Origin: Trichoplax sp. H2
Lineage: Eukaryota
Length of the DNA: 57,620 nucleotides
Direction of reading: 5' to 3'
Assembly: GCA_003344405.1 (NCBI GenBank)
Contig: NOWV01000215.1
Span: forward strand, 62,001 to 119,620
In this document: piece after piece, positions 1 to 11,989 of the stretch
How positions within the stretch are numbered: the stretch's first letter is position 1
Layout of the letters: every line of letters starts with the position of its first letter
The notes under the pieces: model-generated
Seen by the model: only the letters and a program-made list of their open reading frames with translations
Told to the model about the DNA's origin: nothing
Databases searched by the model: none
Program-made: the position numbers and the translations under genes

Positions 1-3000
1 TTTGTTGGAAGGGCAGCATCGCAAATAGGAGAGAATATGCATCGTCATAATGAAAGTCAACTTGAATTATGTGAAAGTTTAGAGCCGTTGTCTTCATTTG
101 GTTCAGTTCGTGAAGGTAATGATGCTCATGATACTACATTAGATTCTGATATTCGGCCAGTTTTGACCAGTTCCCTAGAAGATAAGAAATCACAGCTTTC
201 GAGTGCTCTACCTGTGAAAATTCAAACTGATATTAGTTATAGGAATCTCTGCTACAGGTTAATAAAAGAACTTAACTGAAAATTCTACATTTATTTATTT
301 TGTATTTCTCTACCACAAAAGATATCTTTTTACGACAAATTGTTTCTTTAATAGCCTACCTTTAAATGAATCTGGTGTTTGGAGACCGAATTGCGATCCA
401 CCGTCAAAAGAAGATATCTTGTCAACTTGCTCACAAGTTGGTGTACTAGGGGCTAAATTTGTTGAACCATATTGTAGTGAGGCGGTAGATATACCTCGGC
501 GACCAAAGTAAGATTTATTTGAGAAAGGAGTATTTAATGTTAAATCCAAATAAAAGTCGAAGAATACGGTAGTGTTTCAACGTGTTTATGCATGTATTTA
601 AATTATTACTTAACTAAATAGCATCATTGTAATTAATGTGTACAGAGAAATTCAAGGCCGATTTTTGAGGGTTAAATCAGATAAGGTTAGTTGTGTGAGT
701 TAAAATGTTATAGACGATTGGAATGCCTTAAGCTTATACGGTATACTTCGCTTGCTCTTTCAAATATGTAACTTATATTGCACCTGGCCTTGATGGAAAG
801 ATTTCAGAGCTACCGAAATTCGAATCTGGAAATAATAACACTGTATATATTAGTGGCTTAAGCCATTGGCAACTTATTTTAAGCAATAGCATTCATCCGT
901 ACTTACGTCATTTTATGAAATCAAGTTACAATGACTTAAATTATGATCGTAAAGTGCCGAAGGAAATTCTCCCGGTAATTAACTCTGTGCGAAAAGCGGA
1001 TGCAGTTATTACACCCTGTAAAGGTCCACCCACTAGAAAATCTATTTGTAATGACATCGAAAAGAGATGGAAAAGTAGCAAAAAGGTAGTCAAATTAAGT
1101 GCGTCGACAGAATCGAAAGAACAGTTTTTACCTGAAGACTATTCGATAAACGTAAGTAATTTTAATATATTTCGGTCATTATAAATTTTACCTTACTTTA
1201 AACATCGGCGCCGTTTGTTTGTATATGCTATTTATTTAGTTTCAAGATGATACCAGAAAACTGAATCGTGTTAGGGGTCTCGATACACACGATTGTGATC
1301 TTGTGATACGAAGTAGTTTTCACAATCCAAAGGATGGAAAAGCTTCACGAGAGGTTTTTTTATCGTAATACTCTTCAATGATAATTAAATTAATTAATAT
1401 ATAATATAAATGCAGCCTCCGATGAGTTCAGCTTTAATACAACAGTAATGTTTTTCAATTAGGTTGAACATTTAACGACTTTAAGTTTGGAATTACATAT
1501 TGGAACCAGGAAGGATTTGTCTCCTGATCCAGAATTCGATTCAGTTTTGGGGATATTTTATCATGTTCATAGAGATATTCCTGATGGTGATGCCTTAAGG
1601 AAAGAGATTACAGGAATGATTTTGGTCGATACGAAATTGCAGAAGGTTCCATCATCCTTGCATGAGCATGATGAATTGAATATAGCTGATTTGGGTTTGA
1701 CTAGCACACAAAAATCAGCGACGATAGATAACGACCCAACAGTAGAAGAGGAACACCGCTCAAGTAGTAGCTTCAGGTCTCGTAAATCCCAGTACCAGAG
1801 ACAATTGCTCGCGAGATGTGGTGTGAGTGATGTGATCGCAGAATATGTAGCGGATGAAATTTCCTTATTGCTAGCACTTGTTAGACTAATCAGAAGGTCA
1901 TTATATATTTTAATCATGCTTACTTATGTTTTATCCAGCAAGGCTAAATGCGATCTACACTGTTCTTTTCAGATGGGATCCAGACATCTTAGTCGGGTAC
2001 GAAATTCAAATGTTGTCTTGGGGGTATTTGTTGCAGCGGAGTAAAAGTCTTCAAATCGATTTAGCGACTTTATTATCTAGAGTTCCATCTGTAAATAATA
2101 AATTTCAACTGGAGTTGGAAAATGATTTCCAGGCTAACTATAAGACTGATGTATTCATTGTTGGTAGAGTAATAGTCAATATTTGGCGTATTATGCGTTA
2201 TGAGGTAGTTGTTCAAATTTTAGAACTAGCAAGTGAGGGAAGATCTTGAGATGGTTATCTATTTTGCCAGGTCGCGTTAAGAAGCTATACTTTTGAAAGT
2301 GTAATAGACCATGTTTTACATCGCCGACATGCATTACATACTTTTCGCTCTTTGACGGATTGGTTTCATGATGATAGAAATCGGTAATTCTATCGTGATA
2401 TTCAAGTTTAAAGTTCACCACATCGGCTGTTTTATATGATGACTATTTCATTGTAGGTGGCGCACCATAGAATATTACATTATTCGATGTCGTGGTAATT
2501 GGCGACTACTCGAAACCTTCGATATGATTGATAGAAGCAGTGAATTCGCTCGGCTCTATGGTATTCAATTTTACTCTGTCCTTTCAAGAGGGAGTCAGGT
2601 ATAAGTTAAAGCTACAGTTAACAAAATTTAATGGAATGCAATAGTTGCAATTCTGTACCATGAAGTGTAAGGACTAACTTAATATCGTTTAGTTTCGTAT
2701 TGAGTCGATGCTTCTTCGACTGGCGAAACCGATGAATTATATTCCGGTGTCGGTTAGCGAGAAGCAGCGAACTTGGTAAGTTGATACTAGCACTCGATGT
2801 CGTCGAGTTTGGCTTTAACAATTTTTATTGCTACTTGTAGTATGCAACTCATATGCAGTATATTAGGTATTTAAGCTTTAGATCAATTTAAAAGTTTCGT
2901 AAGATATTCATAGACAAGGCGTAAAATCATGCATTTTGCGTACATGTAGGATGAAGGCCCCTGAAGTGATTCCATTAGTTATGGAACCAGAATCACGATT

Positions 3001-6000
3001 TTATTCGAATCCTGTGTTGGTTCTAGATTTTCAATCTTTATATCCATCTGTGATGATAGCATACAATTACTGTTATACCACTTGTCTTGGCCGCATTTCT
3101 GGAATTGCAACGTAATATGCATTTAATCTCATTAATCGAAATTAATAATTGACAGGGCATTATCTTATAAATTTGAATATATTTAACACAATATAATAAA
3201 TGTGTTTATAGGGATAAAGAATTTAAATTTGGCTGCACATCACACCAAGTTCCGTTGTCTTTGCTAAAGGTTAGCATCTAATTTGACGCCATGTGGATAA
3301 GTATTATTGCTACATGACTAACTTCTCATCCTACTTTAACGTGTATGTAATTGATATAGAAGCTACGAAATGATATAAGCATTGCACCATGTGGAGCAGT
3401 CTATGTAAAAGACCATATTCGAAAAGGCGTAATACCGAGGTAAAATGTTATATCCGTTTAAGTGCCTGTTAGCATTTATTTAGAATTTAATTGATTTACG
3501 CTTTATTAAAGTTATGATTACATAGTTATATATATTTGCCGTATTGTTAGAATGTTGAAAGAAATATTAGACACACGTATCATGATAAAGCGAGCTATGA
3601 AGGATTGCAAAGATAATAAGGTGTGTATACGTACTTTATGTTGATCTTTCCTAAGTTCTTATTCTCAGTAGGAAATAGCTTGAGCACTTCGATTTTATTT
3701 CGCATTTAGTCACTTCATCGCCTCCTCGATATACGACAGTTTGGTTTAAAAATGATAGCTAACGTAACATATGGGTATGCAGGGGCAACGTTCAGTGGTC
3801 GAATGCCGTTAATCGAGGTTTATGATAAGATAGGTTTATGTTGTAGTGTAGTGCTTTAGCACTTATAAGTTATGAAGGTATAGAAAAATCACTTCTTGTT
3901 TGCATTTTTAATAGTTAGCTGACAGTATCGTCAGCAAAGCACGCGAAACTCTAGAACGTGCTATTAAGATTGTCAATACGACCAGTAAGTGGAATGCCAG
4001 AGTTGTATATGGTGATACAGACAGGTAAGTTTTTAGTATGTCTTTATGAAGAAGTATAAATGAGCTAATAAACCAGAAACGTAACTTTGCAGTATGTTCG
4101 TACTGCTGGAGGGTGCAACCAAAGCTAGAGCTTTTGAAATTGGTCGAGAAATTGCTGAGACTATCACATCTATGAATCCCAAGCCAGTAGCTTTAAAGTT
4201 CGAAAAGGTCTGCAAAATTAAAAAAATATATATTTATAAAATAAATATGAATAAATATTTTCGTAATTTTGGTGTCCAAATACTCTTTAGTTATTCGATG
4301 CTAATTTAATATTATGATTAGGTGTTTTTAAACTGTGCCATTCATCCACGGTTGATCTTAATGTCTTATAATAATATATTTTAATTGAGTTGGATTCATT
4401 ATAAGCAGTAATAGGGTATTTACTATCTGTGTTAGGTATTTTTACCCTCACTATTAATAACGAAAAAGCGGTATGTCGGCTACGCATATGAATCTGCCGA
4501 CCAGAAAGAGCCTACTTTTGATGCTAAAGGTATCGAAACTGTTCGAAGAGATGGTTGTCCTGCAGTGTCAAAGGTTATTTATTTATTAATTAATCCTGTG
4601 GCATTTCTGTAACTTTTAAAGATTAATTGTAAAAGGTCGTTGAATTATTTTATTTTATATTAGATCATGGAAAAAGCAATTAGGATACTATTCTCTAGAC
4701 GTGATATGTCACTTGTCAAGAAATATGTATTGCATAAGTGTCGAATGCTTATAGAAGGCAAGGTCGCAATTAATGACTATGTTATCGCTAAAGAATATCG
4801 TGGCAAGAGCACCTACAAGCCGGGTGCTTGTGTGCCGGCTTTAGAAATCACCAAGTATGCTACTTGAGTACATATGATGAAATATCATTATAGTTTTCGC
4901 TCTAACTAGATAGTAGATTTTATCATAGTTACCAAATAAAAGATTTTGACGCTATGCATATGATTCTTTAATAGGCAGTTGCTGGCTCATGATAGACGAT
5001 CAGAGCCTCGTATTGGAGAGCGCGTGCCATACGTCATCGTCTACGGTGTACCTGGAGTGCCATTAATTCGTCTCGTTAGAAGGTATCATGTACAGTGTAT
5101 ATACATTACTTATAGTTTAAAGAATTTTATGTTTTATGCAATAGTTGAAGTGTAAGCTAATAATTTAATTTATCGATTGTAATGCTGTTTTAATCAAGTT
5201 CTCTTTCACTTATTGGCTAGACCACGTGAACTTTTAAATGACCCAAATTTACGCCTTAATGCCACTTATTACATCACCAAACAAATACTGCCAGCTTTAG
5301 ACAGATTACTGTCTCTAATTGGCATTGATGTTGAAAGCTGGTATGAATGATGAAATGATTTGTTTTATTAATATTTTTATGTGACGAAATAATAGGACAT
5401 AGAAGCTGTACTTACTGTATGCTTGGCGTTACCGTTAGAAACCGCCGATTAATTAATTAAGTATTAATACAGGCTCTAATCATATTCTTGAAACATGGAT
5501 TGTTTGATTTTATTAGGCATGCTGAACTACCCAGATCCATTCGATCAGACGTAATTAACCAGAGTCAGTTTCAGGTGGCAAAGGTATAACTGTAAAGCCA
5601 CCCATAGGCGTGTTTATGTTGTATTGTACCTTTTAAGCCTACAACTATGTAACTTCCCGTTTTCGTGAAATTTCGTTTTACAGCAAGGGGTAATTTCACA
5701 ATATTTTAGCAGCTTGCACTGCCTAGTTTGCGAGGAAATGACTGTTGATGGTGTTTGCCCTTCGTGTATCCGAGATTCTCAAAAAGCAATCATGATTGCC
5801 CAGCAACGGATATCAGATTTTGAGAGAAAAAATCGTCATCTTAAAGAGGTTGAACCTTTAGAAAATAGTTCATATTTGTATCAGTCAAATCTATTATGAA
5901 AAAAATGTATTATATGAAGGACGTCTTATTTGATTTCTAATTTGCTATTTATTGTGTTTGATTTCGTAGATATGCTGCAATTGTATTGGTCAACGTGTGA

Positions 6001-6155
6001 TTAATGCTGAATGTATCTCTCTGGACTGTCCAATTCTGTTTGAAACTAAGCGAAACCAACGAGATGTTGATTGCATTCCGCGTTTGCGTGAATTTATATC
6101 GAAAATATCCACGATTGCTTGTAGTTCTATCGCTGAAGCACAAATTACAGGGTAA
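1..6155 (+). CDS. REV3L: DNA polymerase zeta catalytic subunit (family B); multi-exon, 5' end lies outside the window
   Basis: Manually spliced exons give REV3 hallmarks: EPYCSEAVDIPRRPK-EIQGR (~460-665), SLELHIGTRKDLSPDPEFD, WDPDILVGYEIQMLSWGYL, SRGSQ-FRIESMLLR, motif A VLDFQSLYPS (~3020-3050), KMIANVTYGY...FSGRMP, motif C YGDTDS split by an intron (~4008-4093), KKRYVGY, FDAKGIETVRRD. C-terminal Cys clusters CLVC...CPSC and CCNC...CISLDCP; stop TAA at 6153-6155. Confidence 0.96.
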
Positions 6156-7537
6156 TATATGCTGCGTGGCATACATTATGCTACAGGCGTACAGTACAGT
6201 GAATTTGTGTTGCAAGTATGCGTTCGTATGCCGTCGCTATCCCTATGTACAGTACATGCATGCAAAGTCCTTTTGTAAACAAGATTTTTAAATTTGGTAC
6301 CAGGATAAGTTTTGGAAATGTATATATAATATTCTTTTCTTTCATATATATATTTTAACTATATACAATTCTATAGTATTGGGTTGGACTAGTCATTTAT
6401 TGGATCAGAGCGTAACATGACATGAGTACGCTCTTTGCTATGCCCACAAAATACTGTATGTAATTCATTTTTTGAAAACCTGTTTTAAATATTTGTTATT
6501 GGCAAACTACACGGTATACTACTTAAAGCCGTAATTTATTATCGTAGCCAGAATGTCTTGAACAATATTGGATTGTATAACTGTAAATTGATATATTGCC
6601 GTGCCTATGCTAAAACAGTATAAAACATTCAAAATTAAGGAAAAATTAAAATACAGTATCGCTTTCGACTACCTTTCACTCAACATGCAATCCTACGAGT
6701 GTTGGGGATACCAATGCCAATCACTACTGCACTTGGCTCTCCCATATATAATTTATTGTGGACGCATAGATTTATTAAGGGATGATTGTGTAGAAATGTA
6801 CAAAATTCTATTACGAACGAATGCATTTTTATTTGATGGCGGTATTACCTTTGCCGCAACCAAACTATGCAACAGTTTAATTATCGATTAAATAGTGCCA
6901 CTAGTGGATTTTACCAAGCCATCTCTTTATAATAATTATTATGTCATAGTCACTATACAGTACATGATAGTTAAAATTTTTCAGCAAGACAAATCAACTG
7001 GATAAAATACACACAATACTCTGCAACAAAGCTTTGTGGAATAACGTTACACCATTCGAGTTGCTAGGTATACTTTCGAAAATAGCAGCATGATTGCAGC
7101 AACATGCACCATTTATATCAATTCTATCATGCATTATTATGCAACATTTAAAGAATTTTTAATTCAGTTAGCTACTATAGATACTCAACGAACAAGATTG
7201 AAATGAATAACATTGGCCACTAGGTAAAGCCAGTATATTTACGTTAAATTTTCGACCAGCTGCATGATTATTTATACATGAATACCAGACACAAACATCC
7301 ATTAATAACAAGTTAAATAAACGAGATTGAAAACTTTATCACATGTAATGTACAATGAGTACAGTATTACGACCATAGGGAATCCAACTGTACATCATCA
7401 AGAAATAATGTACAATAATAGACTGGCCATCCACGATCCTCCGTCGAATTTTTTAAATTGGAATTAGCCAATCAATCAAGTGGTACTCATACTTTCTAAA
7501 ATATGAATCGCCAATCCAATGTAGCTACCTACATACC

Positions 7538-10500
7538 TTAAGAAATGTCTAAAAGGAGATTAAAAAAGAATGGTCTAAGTGAAAAGAACATTAAATTGTG
7601 TAGTGTGATAATCCGAATAACATGTTTATGGTTAAGTTATTTGCATCTGATGTTCTATTTGTTATTCTCGCCCATCCCCTTATCGCTATACTTTTGTTGC
7701 ATAATTAAGGTTAGGGTTTCCTGATCATTCTACTTTGCGTTGAAGAGTAGAGTTGGTGTATAATTAAAGTTTAAAATTTCGTTATCCCTCTACTTTGTGC
7801 TACCAGTAGTGTACGGTTGGTATATATCATAATATCATTAATTGATGAAAGAGCATCTAGAGGATATAAGAACTGGTATCCAATCCTATCTATAACTTTT
7901 CTACTGAATCTCTATCATTCTATTTTATGTTGTACACTACAGATGGTCTACTTATTTTTCTAAAGCCTTTTTAATATTGCTTGACAAGAAATGCAAGTGT
8001 TTGTGTATTGGCCGCTCTAATACTGTACCATAGAAAAGATAAATTGCCACGGCAAATACTGGAGTTACATTCTTTACTCAACACAGAGCCTAATACTAAG
8101 TACTGTTCATAGCAGAAAGATATTTATCAAATCTATCGTTCATTCATTTCTTCTTGAAACCGTTATAAGGAAATAATGGATTCGCTATCTGCTATAACTA
8201 CTGTTTTACAACAGACCGCATTTGCAACCGATTCTAAAATCAATCAAGGCAAGTTTCCGTGGTGAAACAGTCATCGCTATGGGTTAGTGTTTATACTTAC
8301 ATGACATGGGCGCATTACTGAGTTGCTTGCGTATATGATCATTGGTGAATTTGACGAAAGCTTCATATTGTTCTATAAAATACAATGGCAGGTTAGTCTT
8401 GAATTGGAAATCCAATAGATCCATTTCTCTTTTTCTGATCAACTACACAACAATTCAATCCATCAAAGTCTAACTAAGACACAATTAGAAAACTACTACA
8501 TTACAATGAATTCTTTTTTAAAATGGACTTTAGTCAAGGGCAAAATATGAATGGCTAAATAGGTAAGTCAATAAAATCATCGTTCTATTCTCCTCGACGT
8601 AATCCACATCTATTTCATAATGTCGGTCTAGAAGAAACTGCTTTGACTGTAAAATACCATCCAGTGTCAAGTTACAACGTATAACGCATGGTCTGATAAT
8701 GAGAAAAAAAAGGAGCAAAGCGTCCTCGTTTGCAACGACACCAGCTTCCTCCATGGCATTACAAAGTATGATTGCCAGCCAAATGGACAAGAAACTCGTT
8801 TCAACTTATTTGACTGTAGTAAAATATCCATTACAGCGTGTAAAGTAATGTACGATGATTTTAAAAAAAAAGGAGCAAAGCGTCCTCCTCTGCTAGTACA
8901 GCCAGTTTCCTCCATGATTGCTAGCCAAATGGACAAGAAACTCGTTTCAACATATTTGACTGTAGTAAAATATCCATTACAGCGTGTAAAGTAATGTACG
9001 ATGATATTAAAAAAAAAGGAGCAAAGCGTTCTCGTCTGCTAGTACAGCCAGTTTCCTCCATGACATTACAAAGCATGATTGCCAGCCAAATGGACAAGAA
9101 ACTCGTTTCAACTTATTGGACTGTAGTAAAATATCCATTACAGCGTGAAAAGTAATGTACAGTACGATGATTTAAAAAAAAAAAGGAGCAAAGCGTCCTC
9201 TTCTGTTAGTATAGCCAGTTTCCTCCATGACATTATAAAGCATGATTGCCAGCCAAATGGACAAGAAACTCGTTTTAACTTATTTGGCTGTAGTAACTAT
9301 CCATTACAGCGTGAAAAGTAATGTACGTTACGATGATTTTAAAAAAAAAGGAGCAAAGCGTCCTCGTCTGCTAGAACAGCCAGTTTCCTCCATGATATTA
9401 CAAAGCATGATCGCTAAGCAAATGGACAAGAAATTCGTTTCAACTTATTGGACTGTAATCAAATAGCATCCAGCATCAAGTCACAACGTGTCATGAGTAA
9501 TAAAAAAAAATGGAGCAAGGTGTTCTCGTGTTCAAAGACACCCAGTTTCTTTGCATGGCATCACAAAGCATCGATCGCTAGTCAAACTTGTGCAACGCGT
9601 TGTATTGATTCCTTTCTAATTTTTTTTTTACACATTGTATTGATGGATGGAAAAGTCGGAACGGGTAATCCAAAAGTCCATGACGATGACATGCATGGAT
9701 CGAAAAGAAAGCGACTAGCATCGATTGGTACTTACCGGCCAATTTGGTGGTTAATACTTTATCGTACTCTTCCCTTAGGTCATTTTCGCGTTGCTTGAGC
9801 ATTTTCTGACAAAAGGCAATGACTTCAGTAAAAGTGAATAATGGCATATCTTTCTTTCCATGGGCAATGAGGCTGTGACATTCATCCGTTGCCGATGTCG
9901 GTAAAGAAATGGGGCCACTATCATGGTCGTTCTCGTCAAAATTCAATATTCGCCTTCTCTTTAAAATTCGCTTGTATTCCAGCTGGACATTTTGCCTTAA
10001 TTCATCTAAAGGGAAGAAGATGAAGAATCAACAACACTGTTATGATGGCATTTTGTCTACCATCGCTATCAAGACCACTACAGCTATTCCAATATGGCCG
10101 ATGGTGGAAAGGTCAACGATCTTTGTAGACTTGTTTCTCCATTGCAATCCAACAGAGTGATGTTGTTTGAAGTTGGTGTCTTGACTGGGAATTCTTCTTG
10201 CAAGTGTTGGATTGGTGTTGATGTTGTTGCAACACTGTTGTCCAACACCGTCGACCGCCATTGCTCGATCATTTTTGCTAACCCACTTCAACTTGTATTC
10301 CCTTTCTGTCTACTCGATCATTGTCTCCCTTCATTGGCTACTACCCTATTTCATCCTTCCACTTACCCGTATCGACGCTATGGCTTAACGGAAGAAATAC
10401 TTTGGATGGCTGAGCTGGTGTCGCTGGTGCCGATTGAGGAGAAATGGATAAATATCTTCTTCGCTTACTTGGATGATGATGACTACCACTACTATTACTA

Positions 10501-10553
10501 TGGCCGGGTAAAGGATCGAAATCTAAACGTCGCTTGAGCGTTGCGCAAGCCAT
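7538..10553 (-). CDS. akirin: Akirin, 179 aa, 4 coding exons: 10553-10367, 10005-9736, 8372-8301, 7548-7538
   Basis: N-terminus MACATLKRRLDFDPL, basic patch PSKRRR, EYKRILKRRR, PLFTFTEV...CQKMLKQRENDLREEYDKVLTTKLA|EQYEAFVKFTNDHI, C-terminus APMS|YIS*. The exon lengths sum to 540 nt with consistent phase-1 GT-AG introns. Confidence 0.95.
8640..9590. repeat. Tandem repeat array, about 6 units of ~146-169 bp, inside akirin intron 2
   Basis: Recurring blocks GACTGTAGTAAAATATCCATTACAGCG, AAAAGGAGCAAAGCGTCCTC and GCCAAATGGACAAGAAACTCGTTTCAAC, with unit starts near 8644, 8812, 8958, 9119, 9288 and 9451. Confidence 0.92.
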
Positions 10554-10944
10554 AACCAAACCAATTGGATCGTTACAAGGGCCCAATTCAATTCCACTAC
10601 TATCCAAAGATAAATCGATGCAGATGTTGCCGATCAACGACGGATAGTCTTCCAAACAACAGCAACAAGGGAGGAAAAAAATCCAATGGAGCCAACAACA
10701 GCCACTCAGGAAAATGGACGCACTGGTTTACTATAGGATTGAGCAGTGAAAAATGACGACCGATGAGATAGAGCTTTGGTTTATATGGATTCCACCCAGA
10801 GTCTTGGACAGATGGCAGTCGTGACGAATGACGTTTGGGGGGCAATCGACTGGATGCGAGCAGTCTACTTTCATAGTCATTCCTATACTCTGCACGACTG
10901 TTTGCGGTATCGACCCGACTGGATTGGCTAAGCCTTGCTTCACC

Positions 10945-10997
10945 TGTCACCAAGTGACGCTTCCCTAGTCATAGGGAAGGCGTCGAATTGGGTGACA
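10945..10997. other. Imperfect 53-nt inverted repeat (hairpin) upstream of akirin
   Basis: TGTCACC-AAGT-GACGC-TTCCCTA-GTCA-TAGGGAA-G-GCGTC-GAATTG-GGTGACA: three nested complementary arms (7+5+7 bp) around a 4-nt loop. Confidence 0.6.
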
Positions 10998-11167
10998 CTT
11001 GCCTCATACTGGACCATGGTGATAGCGCTGACTGAGTAGGGGTATTTTTGATCATTGGTATTTGAATAACTTGTAAGACTAGTCTAAGCAGTGCTATTTA
11101 ATACACTACCCTTCGACAAGGATGACGTCCCATAGTCTTACGGGATACTCTACCCTTTGAGGATAAC

Positions 11168-11677
11168 ATGGTCCAAAATGGCCTGCATGCGATGTTACCC
11201 TTGTTTGCCCACCCTACCTCGCCATGGCACCCTTGGACTACCCTCGAGGATGTTACCCTGGTGCATTGTCGACACCTTTTCTCTGTCATGGCCCGTCTAT
11301 TGGCTTCCAGTCATGTCTTACGCGATCGTCTAGGAAGTACTTCTTTCAATGGAAGCATCATCAACGGAATAGAACGATTTCCAGTTGGAGTTATTCGATG
11401 GCATCAAGATCAAGTTCAAAGTCTTGATTTCAATTTGCATGTCCATGGTAGACTTGCACGTCACGCTGCTGACTGGTCTTCAACCACTACATGCTTTTGT
11501 ATTACTTGTACGACATGTTCAAGCACCAGTACAGTACACTACACCAAGACAGAAAACAAAGGTCGACGTTGTCATGAGTCATACGTCATGACTCATAACA
11601 ACATCATGGACCAATCACAATCAATCACCCAATCCATGCTTAGAGGAAGTCACTTTGTATGCGCTTGGATGAAATAA
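11168..11677 (+). CDS. Hypothetical 169-aa ORF divergent from akirin; may be one exon of an unrecognised gene or non-coding
   Basis: Long open frame in a locally GC-richer segment; no motif recognised. Confidence 0.2.
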   Translation: MVQNGLHAMLPLFAHPTSPWHPWTTLEDVTLVHCRHLFSVMARLLASSHVLRDRLGSTSFNGSIINGIERFPVGVIRWHQDQVQSLDFNLHVHGRLARHAADWSSTTTCFCITCTTCSSTSTVHYTKTENKGRRCHESYVMTHNNIMDQSQSITQSMLRGSHFVCAWMK

Positions 11678-11989
11678 AGAGATCCAATAGTAAAGCATTG
11701 GACATTAACTCATACCTGCGTCTACCGATACGCCCAGTATACGGATTTCCCCATCCATCGTGACAGGGCGACTTGCAGTCCATTCAATCCATGGCTTGAC
11801 AAGAAGCCATTGAAATGAAAATGGCCAAATTAGAAATTCAAAATCACACTTGTAGAAAGCTGCTTTTCCAGCCTACTGTAGTAATGAGCAGTGTACTGCA
11901 TTGGGGACTAATTAGTACTGTAGTTAGAGTATTCAGTGATGTAAATAGTTCTTCATCGATCTCTGAAACAAACGTAGCATTAGGTCAAT

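Noticed and set aside
8530..9798. Short ORFs in akirin intron 2 (8530-8790, 8667-8936, 9242-9466, 9448-9798)
   Set aside because: By-products of the tandem repeat; frames are not preserved between units.
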